In this document: one piece after another, positions 19,044 through 28,633 of the stretch
Layout: each line of letters starts with the position of its first letter
How positions within the stretch are numbered: the first letter of the stretch is position 1
Source: Nanobdellota archaeon
Lineage (GTDB): Archaea > Nanobdellota > Nanobdellia > Pacearchaeales > GW2011-AR1
Direction: 5' to 3'
DNA length: 51,766 nucleotides
NCBI GenBank assembly: GCA_022703705.1
Contig: JAKLDD010000003.1
Location: 1-51,766 of the forward strand
Made by a program: the position numbers and the translations under genes
The notes under the pieces: generated by a model
Told to the model about the DNA's origin: nothing
Seen by the model: only the letters and a program-made list of their open reading frames with translations
Databases searched by the model: none

Positions 19044-19062
19044 AAAAATCAAATTTAAACAA

Positions 19063-19070
19063 TTTATAAA
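19063..19070 (-). promoter_or_regulatory. TATA-box-like element upstream of the tRNA-Ile leader module
   Basis: TTTATAAA is centred about 27 nt upstream of repeat copy 1. No comparable box lies inside the spacer. Confidence 0.5.
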
Positions 19071-19081
19071 AGTTACCTAAA

Positions 19082-19570
19082 TCACTTTTTAGAAATTTTA
19101 TTAAGTTCCCGGATAATTTCTTTCATTCCCGTAGAACCAAAGCTCTTTTTTCCTCTTTCTGTATCTGAAAGTTTTTTTACCTCTTGTATTTTTGCTTTTA
19201 CAACAGGGAGAAGTATTATTTGTGCAACCCTCATTCCTTTTTCAATTTCAACTGTTTTTTCATTCATATTAACGAGCATTATGGAAACTTCTCCTCTAAA
19301 CCCGCTATCAAAAGTTCCTGCAACAGTATGAACATTCATTTTTTGAACAATTCCTGCCCTATCTCTAACTAATCCTACATGCCCTTCAGGAATTTCAATT
19401 GCTATGCCTGTCCTTAAAGTTTTTTGTTCCAAGGGAAATAAACTTACATTTTCAATTGCTTTTACATCAAAACCCACATCTGTACCAAAAGCATATTCTG
19501 GTGTTTCTGCATTTTTTGAAAGTTTAAGAAATTTAAGCAAAACCTCTGAATTCTCTTTTTTCCTCTCCAT
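19082..19570 (-). CDS. dut: dUTP diphosphatase (trimeric dUTPase)
   Basis: FGTDVGFDV, GLVRDRAGI, FDSGFRGEV and the C-terminal RGKKSFGSTG are dUTPase motifs 1-5. Confidence 0.8.
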   Translation of the reverse strand: MERKKENSEVLLKFLKLSKNAETPEYAFGTDVGFDVKAIENVSLFPLEQKTLRTGIAIEIPEGHVGLVRDRAGIVQKMNVHTVAGTFDSGFRGEVSIMLVNMNEKTVEIEKGMRVAQIILLPVVKAKIQEVKKLSDTERGKKSFGSTGMKEIIRELNKISKK

Positions 19571-19665
19571 TTTATAATAAAAATAAGAACCATTATAAAA
19601 GTTTCGCCTCCCAAAACCTCAAGCTTTTTAAATGAACTTTTTCTAAAATAAACATGGTCAATGGT

Positions 19666-20256
19666 ATGTATCATCAAATAAGAGAAGCTTGGAAAAAACC
19701 AGATTCAGCAATTCTAAGAAAAAGAATGGTTGAATGGAGAAAATCAGAAGCTCAGGTTAAAGTTGAAAAACCCTTGAGATTAGATAAAGCAAGAGCTTTG
19801 GGATATAAAGCAAAAAAAGGTTTTGTTATAATAAGAATTAGATTAAAAAGGGGAGGACATAGAAAAGAAAGACCTATAAAAGGAAGAAGAGGAAAAAGAA
19901 TGCATACCCGAAAAAATTTAATGATGTCTTATCAGTGGATTGCAGAACAAAGAGTGCAAAAAAGATACCCTAATTTAGAAATATTAAATTCTTATTTGAT
20001 TGGAAAAGATGGAATTTATGCATTTTATGAGGTTATTTGTGTTGATCCTCAAAGACCAGAAATAAAAAACGATAAAACTATTAATTGGATAAGCAATCCA
20101 AAAAACAAAAAGAGAGCTTTTAGAGGGCTTACAAGTTCTGCTAAAAAATCAAGAGGATTAAGAAATAAATCTCCAACAACTAAGAGCAGACCAAGTAAAA
20201 AAGCAGGAAAAAAACTAAATCCTCCTTCTGGAAAAAGATATATTTTACATAGATAA
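19666..20256 (+). CDS. rpl15e: 50S ribosomal protein L15e
   Basis: MYHQIREAWKKP...RLDKARALGYKAKKGFVIIRIRLKRGG. I prefer the start at ATG 19666, four codons inside the track ORF. Confidence 0.9.
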   Translation: MYHQIREAWKKPDSAILRKRMVEWRKSEAQVKVEKPLRLDKARALGYKAKKGFVIIRIRLKRGGHRKERPIKGRRGKRMHTRKNLMMSYQWIAEQRVQKRYPNLEILNSYLIGKDGIYAFYEVICVDPQRPEIKNDKTINWISNPKNKKRAFRGLTSSAKKSRGLRNKSPTTKSRPSKKAGKKLNPPSGKRYILHR

Positions 20257-20313
20257 ATATATATCTAATTTAATATAGAAATTCTTAAAAGTAATCACAT
20301 CTAAAGGTATTAA

Positions 20314-20607
20314 ATGAAATCAGTAGATAAACTTGCTAAAGGGGATTACATAGCATTTGGTTTTAATTATAATGGTGGAGAACCCAATGAGATAATAGTA
20401 GACAACATAACTGAAATTTACGAGCATAAAGTATTGGTTCATTTCTTATATGGACATCATTCCTTATCTGAATTTATTAAAAAAGAAGATATACTCGCAA
20501 TAGGAAATTCGCAAGGCAAAGGAGTGATAAAAGGGTGTACTGGAACTTATGATATCTTGGAATCTAAGAAGATTAGTGAAATTCTAGCCAAGGATAAATA
20601 TAAATAA
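20314..20607 (+). CDS. Hypothetical protein
   Basis: 97-aa ORF. No motif recognised. Confidence 0.4.
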   Translation: MKSVDKLAKGDYIAFGFNYNGGEPNEIIVDNITEIYEHKVLVHFLYGHHSLSEFIKKEDILAIGNSQGKGVIKGCTGTYDILESKKISEILAKDKYK

Positions 20608-20649
20608 TTTTCCCAAAACATATTTAAATAGAATATATCTTTCACATTT

Positions 20650-21231
20650 ATGAATTTAAAAGGGAGTGAAACAGAAAAAAACCTTCTAAAAGCATTTGCT
20701 GGTGAAAGCCAAGCAAGAATGAGATATACCTATTTTGCATCTGTTGCAAAAAAAGAAGGATATGAACAAATATCTGCGATATTTACAGAAACAGCAGATA
20801 ATGAAAAAGAACATGCAAAAATATTTTTTAAACATTTAGAAAAATCACAAGGATTACCTGTTGAAATAACTGCGAGTTATCCTGCAGGAAAAATAGGAAC
20901 AACAAAAGAAAATCTTCTTGCAGCTGCAAATGGAGAACACGAAGAATGGGGAGAATTATATCCTAAATTTGAGAAAATAGCATTAAAAGAAGGTTTCAAA
21001 GATATTGCAGAATCTTTTCGTGAAATAGCAGAAGTTGAAGAGCAACATGAAAAAAGATACAGAAAACTTTTAAAAAATGTGGAAGAAAAAAAAGTTTTCA
21101 AAAAAGAAAAAGTTGTAAGATGGAAATGTAGAAACTGTGGATATGTTCATGAGGGAAAAGAAGCCCCAGATGAATGCCCGGCTTGCAAACATCCTCAAGC
21201 GTATTATGAATTATTTGAAGAAAATTATTAA
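20650..21231 (+). CDS. rbr: Rubrerythrin
   Basis: Ferritin-like ExxH pairs ([16 protein letters not shown]) plus a C-terminal rubredoxin-like CRNCG...CPAC. Confidence 0.9.
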   Translation: MNLKGSETEKNLLKAFAGESQARMRYTYFASVAKKEGYEQISAIFTETADNEKEHAKIFFKHLEKSQGLPVEITASYPAGKIGTTKENLLAAANGEHEEWGELYPKFEKIALKEGFKDIAESFREIAEVEEQHEKRYRKLLKNVEEKKVFKKEKVVRWKCRNCGYVHEGKEAPDECPACKHPQAYYELFEENY

Positions 21232-21236
21232 AAATT

Positions 21237-21611
21237 ATGTTTAAACCTAAAATGACAGAAAAAAAAGAAATTTACAAATGCGAAATTTGTAGAAATATTG
21301 TTGAAGTATTGCACGAAGGACCAGGAGTTTTAATTTGCTGTGGACAACCAATGAAATTACAAAAAGAAAACACTATTGATGCTTCAAAAGAGAAACATGT
21401 TCCAGTAATTCAAGGAAAAAAAGTAAAAGTAGGTTCAATTGCTCATCCCATGATAACAGAGCACTACATTGAATGGATTGAAGCTACATCCGAAACAGGA
21501 GAGACTGCAAAAGTATTTCTAAAACCAAATTCAAAACCAGAAGCAAAATTTTCATTTAAACTTGTTTCAGCAAGGGAATATTGTAATTTACATGGATTGT
21601 GGAAAAAATGA
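21237..21611 (+). CDS. dfx: Desulfoferrodoxin (2Fe superoxide reductase)
   Basis: N-terminal desulforedoxin CEICRN...CCG. The SOR domain shows [17 protein letters not shown] and CNLHGLW. Confidence 0.85.
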   Translation: MFKPKMTEKKEIYKCEICRNIVEVLHEGPGVLICCGQPMKLQKENTIDASKEKHVPVIQGKKVKVGSIAHPMITEHYIEWIEATSETGETAKVFLKPNSKPEAKFSFKLVSAREYCNLHGLWKK

Positions 21612-21925
21612 AAAATAAAAAAACAAATGTGCTTAAATTTGTAACAAGAATTCTAGCAGTCATTTACATTTTATTTATCACTATATTTGCGTTTGATTCC
21701 AAAAATCTAACTGAATTCTTAATTCATCTTATTCCAACATTAATTTTTTTAATATGTTTGATAATCTCTATTTTTAAACCAAAAATAGGGGGCATTTTAT
21801 TTGTTCTTGTTGGAATAGGAACAATAATATTTTTCAGCACATATGCTAAAATTACAAGCTTTATATTAATCTCAATGGTGCCTATTATAATTGGATTGGT
21901 ATTTTATTTAAGCAAAAAGAAATAA
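21608..21925 (+). CDS. Small integral membrane protein
   Basis: Three to four TM helices. The ATG at 21608 overlaps the dfx stop (ATGA); the track start at 21599 is GTG. Confidence 0.5.
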   Translation: MKNKKTNVLKFVTRILAVIYILFITIFAFDSKNLTEFLIHLIPTLIFLICLIISIFKPKIGGILFVLVGIGTIIFFSTYAKITSFILISMVPIIIGLVFYLSKKK

Positions 21926-21949
21926 AAACTTATTTTTCTTAATTAATTA

Positions 21950-23674
21950 ATGTTGTATAAAAAACTTGCAGAATTATATGAATCTCTTGGGGGAACAACA
22001 AAACGTCTTGAAAAAATAGATATCCTTTCAAAATTCCTAGAACATTTATCTGATGAAGATAGGGAGATCATTTATCTACTTGAAGGAAATATTTATCCAG
22101 AATATGATGAAAGAAAAATTGGAATTTCAAATCAACTTGCAATAAAAGCAATTTCAAAAGCAACAGGAATAAATTCAAAAAAAGTAATTCAGGAATGGAA
22201 AAAAATAGGTGATTTGGGGGAAGTTGCAAAAAAATTAACTTCTGAAAAAAAGCAAAGAACTCTTGCATCTCACATATTAACAACAAAAAAAGTTTTAGAA
22301 AATTTAAGAAAACTTCCTGAGTTAGAAGGAAAAGGGACAGTTGATAAAAAGATTGCACTTATAACAGAATTATTAACTTCTGCTGAACCAACTGAAGCAC
22401 TTTATCTTGTAAGAACTCTAATAGGCGATTTAAGAATTGGAACTCAGGAATCAACTATAAGAGAATCTTTAGCAAAAGCTTTTTTTGAAAATATAGATGA
22501 AGCTCCTGAAAAAATACAGGATGCAATTGATAAGTCTAATGATACTGTAGAGGTTTTTGATTATTGTAAAAAAAGAAAAATAAAGGAACTTGAAAAAATA
22601 TCAATGCAAATTGGAAAACCAATAAAAGCCATGCTTGCACAAAAAGTTTCAACAATTGAAGAAGGATTTAAAGCATTGGGAAAACCCTGCGCAATTGAAT
22701 ACAAATATGATGGTTTCAGAATGATAATTCATAAGAAAAATTCTGAAGTAAAGCTTTTCACAAGAAGTCTTGAGAATGTAACTCTCCAATTTCCAGAAGT
22801 TGTTGAGTATATAAAACAATTTGTAAAAGGAGATTCATTTATATTAGACTCTGAAGCAGTAGGATATGATAAAAAAACAAAAAAATATACTTCTTTTCAG
22901 AACATAAGTCAAAGAATAAAAAGAAAATATAATATTGAAAAACTACAAGAAGAACTTCCTGTGGAAGTAAATGTATTTGATATTCTATTTTATAATGGAA
23001 AATCTTTGCTTGAAAAACCGTTTGAAGAAAGAGCTAAACTTGTAAGAAAAATAATCTCTCTTCACCCATATAAAATAATCTCTTCCAAACAGATAATAAC
23101 TTCAGATGAAAATAAAGCAAAAGAATTTTACAAAGAAGCTCTTAGAAATAATCAAGAAGGAGTAATGATGAAAAATCTTAAAGCACCCTATAAACCTGGG
23201 AGGAGAGTTGGAAATATGCTTAAAATGAAACCAGAAGAAAAAGATTTGGATTTAGTAATTACGGGTGCAGAATATGGAAAAGGAAAACGTTCTGGATGGT
23301 TTTCAAGTTTTATTATTTCCTGTAAAGGAGATAAATCTGGAGAATATTTGGAAATTGGAAAAGTGGGAACAGGAATTGTTGAAAAAGAAGAAAATAAAGA
23401 AGATAATGAAAAAGTTTCTTTCGGAGAGCTTACAGAAAAGATAAAACCCCTAATAAAAAAAGAAGAAAAAGAAGGAGTGTGTATAAAACCTAGAATAATT
23501 GTATCGGTAACTTATCAAGAAATACAAAAATCTCCAAATTATAATTCTGGATGGGCATTAAGATTTCCAAGAATAACAAAATTAAGGCCAGACAAACTTC
23601 TTTCAGAAATTGCTGATTTAAAAGAGATTGAAAAAGATTTTAACAATCAAAAAAGAAACTGGAGATATGGATAA
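21950..23674 (+). CDS. lig: ATP-dependent DNA ligase
   Basis: Adenylation motif EYKYDGFR, then LDSEAV, EGVMMK and LKMKPE, with a C-terminal OB domain. 574 aa. Confidence 0.9.
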   Translation: MLYKKLAELYESLGGTTKRLEKIDILSKFLEHLSDEDREIIYLLEGNIYPEYDERKIGISNQLAIKAISKATGINSKKVIQEWKKIGDLGEVAKKLTSEKKQRTLASHILTTKKVLENLRKLPELEGKGTVDKKIALITELLTSAEPTEALYLVRTLIGDLRIGTQESTIRESLAKAFFENIDEAPEKIQDAIDKSNDTVEVFDYCKKRKIKELEKISMQIGKPIKAMLAQKVSTIEEGFKALGKPCAIEYKYDGFRMIIHKKNSEVKLFTRSLENVTLQFPEVVEYIKQFVKGDSFILDSEAVGYDKKTKKYTSFQNISQRIKRKYNIEKLQEELPVEVNVFDILFYNGKSLLEKPFEERAKLVRKIISLHPYKIISSKQIITSDENKAKEFYKEALRNNQEGVMMKNLKAPYKPGRRVGNMLKMKPEEKDLDLVITGAEYGKGKRSGWFSSFIISCKGDKSGEYLEIGKVGTGIVEKEENKEDNEKVSFGELTEKIKPLIKKEEKEGVCIKPRIIVSVTYQEIQKSPNYNSGWALRFPRITKLRPDKLLSEIADLKEIEKDFNNQKRNWRYG

Positions 23675-23736
23675 ATACTCACGTCGGGATATTTAAAAAC
23701 CTTTATAAACCCAAATTTCATTTATAAATAATTAAA

Positions 23737-24294
23737 ATGGCAGCCGGACAAAGCAATTATAAGATACAAAACATTGTTGCAACCGCTTCTTTAGGAAAAC
23801 CAGTTCCATTAACAAAACTTGCAAGAACTCAGCCAAACACAGAATATAATCCAGAAACTTTTCCAGGTTTAGTTCTAAGGGTTAAAGAACCAAAATCAGC
23901 TGTTCTTGTATTCTCATCTGGAAATTTAGTTTGTACAGGAACAAAATCCTTAACTCAAGTTCGAGAGGTTATTGATGCTGTAATAAAACAGCTTAAAAAA
24001 ATAAGTGTAAACATTACTACAAAACCAAAAATAACTGTCCAAAATATAGTTGCATCTGGGACAATTGAATTAAAATTAAACCTTAATTTTTTGGCACTTG
24101 AAATGGAAAATACAGAGTATGAACCAGAGCAATTTCCCGGATTGGTATACAAATTAGTAGAACCAACAGCAACATTTCTTCTTTTTTCAAACGGAAAACT
24201 TGTTTGCACAGGAACAAAAAACAAAGAACAACTTGAGGACAGTATGGACCAGCTTTTAAAAAATGTAAAAGCTGCACTTAAAAATTATAAATAA
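23737..24294 (+). CDS. tbp: TATA-box binding protein
   Basis: Two direct TBP repeats: IQNIVATASLG...FPGLVLRVKEPKSAVLVFSSGNLVCTG and VQNIVASGTIE...FPGLVYKLVEPTATFLLFSNGKLVCTG. Confidence 0.95.
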   Translation: MAAGQSNYKIQNIVATASLGKPVPLTKLARTQPNTEYNPETFPGLVLRVKEPKSAVLVFSSGNLVCTGTKSLTQVREVIDAVIKQLKKISVNITTKPKITVQNIVASGTIELKLNLNFLALEMENTEYEPEQFPGLVYKLVEPTATFLLFSNGKLVCTGTKNKEQLEDSMDQLLKNVKAALKNYK

Positions 24295-24442
24295 ATGATT
24301 CTATTTTAAAAGTTCAGAAATTCTTAGAATTATTCGTGAAGTTCATGTTAATTTATTGGTATTTATTCTTAAAAACCAAGATAAATTAATACATTTTATA
24401 GTATATACAAATCTATAAAAAAGCAAGCTTTCTTTAAGGGTT

Positions 24443-26518
24443 ATGGAAAACGAGGAAGGATATTCAGAAGAAGATTATTCGTCAAGTATGCTGGAAAATG
24501 CTCCAAAAAAGAAGCCAAAATCAGAAGATTTAATAATTGAAGCTAAAAATTTCTTTAATTTTAATAAAGAAGATTTAGGGGAATCAATACGAAAAAGGAC
24601 AAATGTTGTTTTTCTTGATTTTATGAAACTTACAGAATTTTCAAATAAACTCTCTGATGAAATAATTATCAATCCAGAAGAAACCTTAAGCCTTATAGAA
24701 CAAGGAGTTGAAGAACTAGGTTTAGTAAAAAATGTACGAATTAGATTAAAAAATCTTTCAGATGCGCACCAAATTAAAATAAGAAATATACGTTCAAAAC
24801 ATCTTAATGAACTTATAATCCTAGAAGGAATAATAAGGCAGGCATCAGATGTTCGTCCACAAGTAGTAAATGCAAAATTTGAATGTCCAAGCTGTGGAAC
24901 AGTTATTTCTGTGTTACAAATTGAAAAAAAATTCCGGGAACCAAGCAGATGTTCCTGTGGGAGAAGAGGAGGATTTAGATTAATTTCAAAAGATATGGTT
25001 GATACTCAAAGATTAGTTGTAGAAGAACCTCCAGAATCTCTTTCAGGAGGAGAACAGCCAAAAAGAATTAATGTTTTTGTCAAAGAAGATTTAGTTGAAC
25101 CAAAAATGGAAGATAAAACAACTCCTGGAGCAAGAATAAAAATAATAGGAATATTGAAAGAAGTTCCTGTTCCATTAAGCACAGGAGGATTATCCACCAG
25201 ATTTGAATTAGCTGTTGAAGCAAATAACATAATTCCAATGGAAGAAACATTTGAAGAATTAGATATAACAGATGAAGATGAAAGACAAATTCAGGAACTT
25301 TCTGAAGACCCAAAAATATTTGAAACATTAGCCAAAAGCATAACTCCAAGTGTTTGGGGATATGATGAAATAAAAAAAGCATTAGTTTTGCAATTATTCG
25401 GGGGAGTTCAAAAGCAAATGTCAGATGGTTCAAAATCAAGAGGAGATATACATATTCTTCTTATAGGAGACCCGGGAGTTGCAAAAAGCGTAACTTTAGT
25501 TTTTATGTCAAATATTTCCCCAAAAGGAAGATATGTTGTAGGAAAATCAACATCAGGGGCAGGTTTGACAGCAACTGTTGTGCGTGATGAATATCTAAAA
25601 GGATGGAGTTTAGAAGCAGGAGCAATGGTTCTTGCAAATAAAGGGCTTATATGCATAGATGAATTAGAAAAAATGGACCCTCAAGACAGAAGTGCCATGC
25701 ATGAAGCAATGGAACAGCAAACAGTAACAATCTCCAAAGCAAATGTTCAAGCTACATTAAAAGCTCAAACATCTGTCCTAGCTGCAGCAAATCCAAAATT
25801 TGGAAGATTCGATCCTTTTATGCCAATACCTCAACAAATTGATTTACCCCCAACACTAATAAATAGATTTGATATAATATTTACATTAAGGGATATTCCA
25901 GATAGAAATAAAGATGAAAGAATTGCAACACATGTTTTAAAAGAACATCAGAAAGAAACAAAAGAGGTTTTAATTGATTCTAATTTATTCAGAAAATATG
26001 TCGCATATGCAAAGCAAAAAATAAATCCAAAATTAATCCCAGAATCTGTGGAAGAATTAAAAAAATTTTATATTGAACTGAGGAATAAACCAGTTACATC
26101 TGAAAGTGCAATGCGCCCAATACCAATTTCAGCAAGACAATTACAAGCATTAATTAGAATGTCAGAAGCATCAGCAAGAATGAGGTTAAGTGAAGAAGTT
26201 TCAAAAGATGATGCAAAAAAAGCAATTGAATTAATGACATATTATCTTACCCAAGTAGGTTATGATTATGAGTCAAAGACTTTTGATATTGACAAAATAT
26301 CTGGGAAATTTTCCTCATCACAAAGAAACAAAATACTCATGGTAAAAGAAGCAATAACCGCTCTTGAAAGCAAAATGGGAAAAATGATTCCGTATGAAGA
26401 AATTGAAAAAGAACTTGAAGAAAAGATAAGTAAAGATGAACTTGAAGAGGTAATAAACAGATTAATTAGGGATAATGAGATTTATCGCCCAAAAAAAGGA
26501 TACATTGGAGTTTTTTAA
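24443..26518 (+). CDS. mcm: MCM replicative helicase
   Basis: Zn finger CPSCG...CSCG, Walker A GDPGVAKS, Walker B CIDELEKM and arginine finger NRFDIIF, plus a C-terminal winged helix. No intein. Confidence 0.95.
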   Translation: MENEEGYSEEDYSSSMLENAPKKKPKSEDLIIEAKNFFNFNKEDLGESIRKRTNVVFLDFMKLTEFSNKLSDEIIINPEETLSLIEQGVEELGLVKNVRIRLKNLSDAHQIKIRNIRSKHLNELIILEGIIRQASDVRPQVVNAKFECPSCGTVISVLQIEKKFREPSRCSCGRRGGFRLISKDMVDTQRLVVEEPPESLSGGEQPKRINVFVKEDLVEPKMEDKTTPGARIKIIGILKEVPVPLSTGGLSTRFELAVEANNIIPMEETFEELDITDEDERQIQELSEDPKIFETLAKSITPSVWGYDEIKKALVLQLFGGVQKQMSDGSKSRGDIHILLIGDPGVAKSVTLVFMSNISPKGRYVVGKSTSGAGLTATVVRDEYLKGWSLEAGAMVLANKGLICIDELEKMDPQDRSAMHEAMEQQTVTISKANVQATLKAQTSVLAAANPKFGRFDPFMPIPQQIDLPPTLINRFDIIFTLRDIPDRNKDERIATHVLKEHQKETKEVLIDSNLFRKYVAYAKQKINPKLIPESVEELKKFYIELRNKPVTSESAMRPIPISARQLQALIRMSEASARMRLSEEVSKDDAKKAIELMTYYLTQVGYDYESKTFDIDKISGKFSSSQRNKILMVKEAITALESKMGKMIPYEEIEKELEEKISKDELEEVINRLIRDNEIYRPKKGYIGVF

Positions 26519-26565
26519 CTCATAAAACCTTATAAACATCCAAAATTTTTAGAGAATATAAAAAG

Positions 26566-27195
26566 ATGGCAGAAACAGGACAATTTAAAAGAAACATTGC
26601 ATATAAGTTAAGAATAAGTGATATTTTTCTTGGAAAGCCAGTTATTGCAGATGAAAGATTTTCTTTTTTGGAATTGGGAGATAAAAAAATAATAAGAATA
26701 AACTTAATAGGAAATATTGTGGATAAATTTGAAAGTGAAGGAGAAAGAAAATATATATTTTTTAAATTGGATGATGGTTCTGGACAAATAAGCTTAAAGG
26801 TTTTTGGAGAGGATATTGCAAAGTTTAAAGAAATTACACAGGGATTAACAGTTATTGTAATAGGGGTTTTGAGGCATTGGAATAATGAAACTTATATTCA
26901 ACCAGAAATAATAAAGGAACAGGATGCTAAATATCTTCTTGTAAGAAAATTGGAACTTGAAAAATTACAGCCTCAAAGAACAAGCCATATTGAAAAATCT
27001 CAGATAATTGCAATAAAAGATAAGATTCTTGAACTCATAAAAAATGCAGAAGAAGAGGGGGGAATTGAAAAAGAGCAAATAATTCTGAAATTAAAAGAAA
27101 CTTCTCCAGAGATAATAAATCAGGAAATAAAAAAATTTCTTGAAGAAGGAATAATATTTGAACCCCGACCTGGAAAAGTAAGGTATTTAGGTTAA
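26566..27195 (+). CDS. OB-fold + C-terminal winged-helix protein (RPA2/Stn1-like ssDNA-binding candidate)
   Basis: The layout INLIGNIVDKF....YIFFKLDDGSGQISLKVFG....VIVIGVLRHW is an OB-fold pattern. The C-terminal ILELIKNAEEEGGIEKEQII...GIIFEPRPGKVRYL looks like a winged helix. Confidence 0.45.
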   Translation: MAETGQFKRNIAYKLRISDIFLGKPVIADERFSFLELGDKKIIRINLIGNIVDKFESEGERKYIFFKLDDGSGQISLKVFGEDIAKFKEITQGLTVIVIGVLRHWNNETYIQPEIIKEQDAKYLLVRKLELEKLQPQRTSHIEKSQIIAIKDKILELIKNAEEEGGIEKEQIILKLKETSPEIINQEIKKFLEEGIIFEPRPGKVRYLG

Positions 27196-27524
27196 TTATT
27201 TATGGGATAAGATGATTGATTGACAGTAACTTCTTTTTCAAAAAATTCTTCGTATTTATCCGCTAATTTTATTGCCTGTTCAAAATAATTTTTCTCATAA
27301 ACTGTAAAACTATTATCATCCGATCTAATGGTGAAAAGTATAGGAGGTTTTTTATTAAGAACAAGTTTATCAAAAAGACTAACCTTTCCTCTAATACTAA
27401 TCATACTTTCAACTGAATTTATCAAAAAAAGATCTCCAAGAGTTTTTTTGGCTAACAATTTGGTTTTACCTATCTTCAACTTCTTATGTAGCTTTTTTGT
27501 ATCCCTAAAATCTTCAATTTTCAT
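27192..27524 (-). CDS. Hypothetical protein
   Basis: 110-aa ORF. No motif recognised. Confidence 0.4.
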   Translation of the reverse strand: MKIEDFRDTKKLHKKLKIGKTKLLAKKTLGDLFLINSVESMISIRGKVSLFDKLVLNKKPPILFTIRSDDNSFTVYEKNYFEQAIKLADKYEEFFEKEVTVNQSSYPINN

Positions 27525-27584
27525 AATAATCCTTTTATGAAGTTATTTATAAAAATTTATATAGTCAATTTCCAGCATAAATTA

Positions 27585-27995
27585 ATGGAAACCTACGAAA
27601 AACTCCTTGAAGAAGCATATTCCAAGGTAAAGCAAATTGAAGGAAATGGGGAAAGATTTGAAATTCCAAAAATAGAAGGGCATATAGAAGGAAAAAAAAC
27701 AATCTTAACAAATTTTCTGCAAATAGCATCTTACCTAAGAAGAGATATTGAACATTTTCAAAAGTTTATATTAAAAGAACTTGCAACTTCTGGACAAAAA
27801 GAAGGAGATAGATTAGTTCTAAATAATAAAATTTCAAGCGCAAAAATAAATTTAAAAATAGAACAGTATGTAAGAGAATTTGTTTTATGTAAAGAATGCG
27901 GAAAACCAGATACAGAATTAAAAAGAGAAAATAGATTAAATTTTCTTCATTGTCTTGCTTGTGGGGCAAAACACCCGGTAAGAGAAAAAATTTAA
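27585..27995 (+). CDS. eif2b: Translation initiation factor aIF2 beta subunit
   Basis: METYEKLLEEAY...RFEIPK...TILTNF plus the zinc ribbon CKECGKPDT...CLACGA. A TTTATATA box lies about 27 nt upstream of ATG 27585. Confidence 0.85.
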   Translation: METYEKLLEEAYSKVKQIEGNGERFEIPKIEGHIEGKKTILTNFLQIASYLRRDIEHFQKFILKELATSGQKEGDRLVLNNKISSAKINLKIEQYVREFVLCKECGKPDTELKRENRLNFLHCLACGAKHPVREKI

Positions 27996-28025
27996 ATAAT
28001 ATTAATAAATTACAAATAAATTCTA

Positions 28026-28307
28026 ATGGGAATAGAAGATATAAGCGAAAAATTTGATATATTTAAGACAATTAAATTAAACTTAGATAGCTCAATAAAA
28101 GACAAGAGAAAAATTATTGAAGAAAATAAAAATAAAAAAGCATTAATAGAGTTGAAAGATGCTCCAGATAAATATCTTTTAGGAATAATAAAACCAAAAA
28201 ATTCAATATTCTTTGGATTAAATTCAATAGAAAACAAAGAAAAATATCCTTATTCAGAAATAATTAAATATGAAGAGTTATCCAAAATTATGATATGTAG
28301 GGGTTAA
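28026..28307 (+). CDS. Hypothetical protein
   Basis: 93-aa K/E-rich ORF. An overlapping antisense ORF of similar size makes the strand choice uncertain. Confidence 0.3.
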   Translation: MGIEDISEKFDIFKTIKLNLDSSIKDKRKIIEENKNKKALIELKDAPDKYLLGIIKPKNSIFFGLNSIENKEKYPYSEIIKYEELSKIMICRG

Positions 28308-28395
28308 AACCTACAAAATATAAAAAAATAGAAAATCTAAATGTTTATAAAAGAATTTTTCTTGAGAAAATAATAAAAATTCAAATTAAACAAAT

Positions 28396-28401
28396 GGAGG
28401 T
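28396..28401 (+). promoter_or_regulatory. Shine-Dalgarno sequence GGAGGT
   Basis: GGAGGT lies 5 nt upstream of ATG 28407. Confidence 0.6.
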
Positions 28402-28406
28402 AAAAA

Positions 28407-28601
28407 ATGGTAGAAGCTTATTGTGTTAAGTGCAAGAAAAAAGGACAAAAGATGAAAGATGCTGTAATGAACCAAACAGCAAAAGGCGGATTTATGGCAA
28501 AAGGAAAATGTCCTGATTGTGGAACAGTTATGTGCGCTATGATGTCTAAAGAAAAGGCAGAAAAAGCAATCAAGTCTGGTGAAGCAAAAAAAGGATACTA
28601 A
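28407..28601 (+). CDS. Small zinc-ribbon protein (DUF5679-like)
   Basis: CVKCKKK...TAKGGFMAKGKCPDCGT pattern with a strong SD upstream. Confidence 0.6.
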   Translation: MVEAYCVKCKKKGQKMKDAVMNQTAKGGFMAKGKCPDCGTVMCAMMSKEKAEKAIKSGEAKKGY

Positions 28602-28633
28602 AAAATTAATTATTTTTTGATTAATATATTAAA

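Noticed and set aside
24295-24442. The 148-nt AT-rich gap upstream of mcm as a possible replication origin (repeated AAGTTCA-like words)
   Set aside because: No ORB/mini-ORB-like inverted repeats and no adjacent orc1/cdc6. The repeated hexamers are short enough to be chance in AT-rich DNA. It more likely just holds the mcm promoter.
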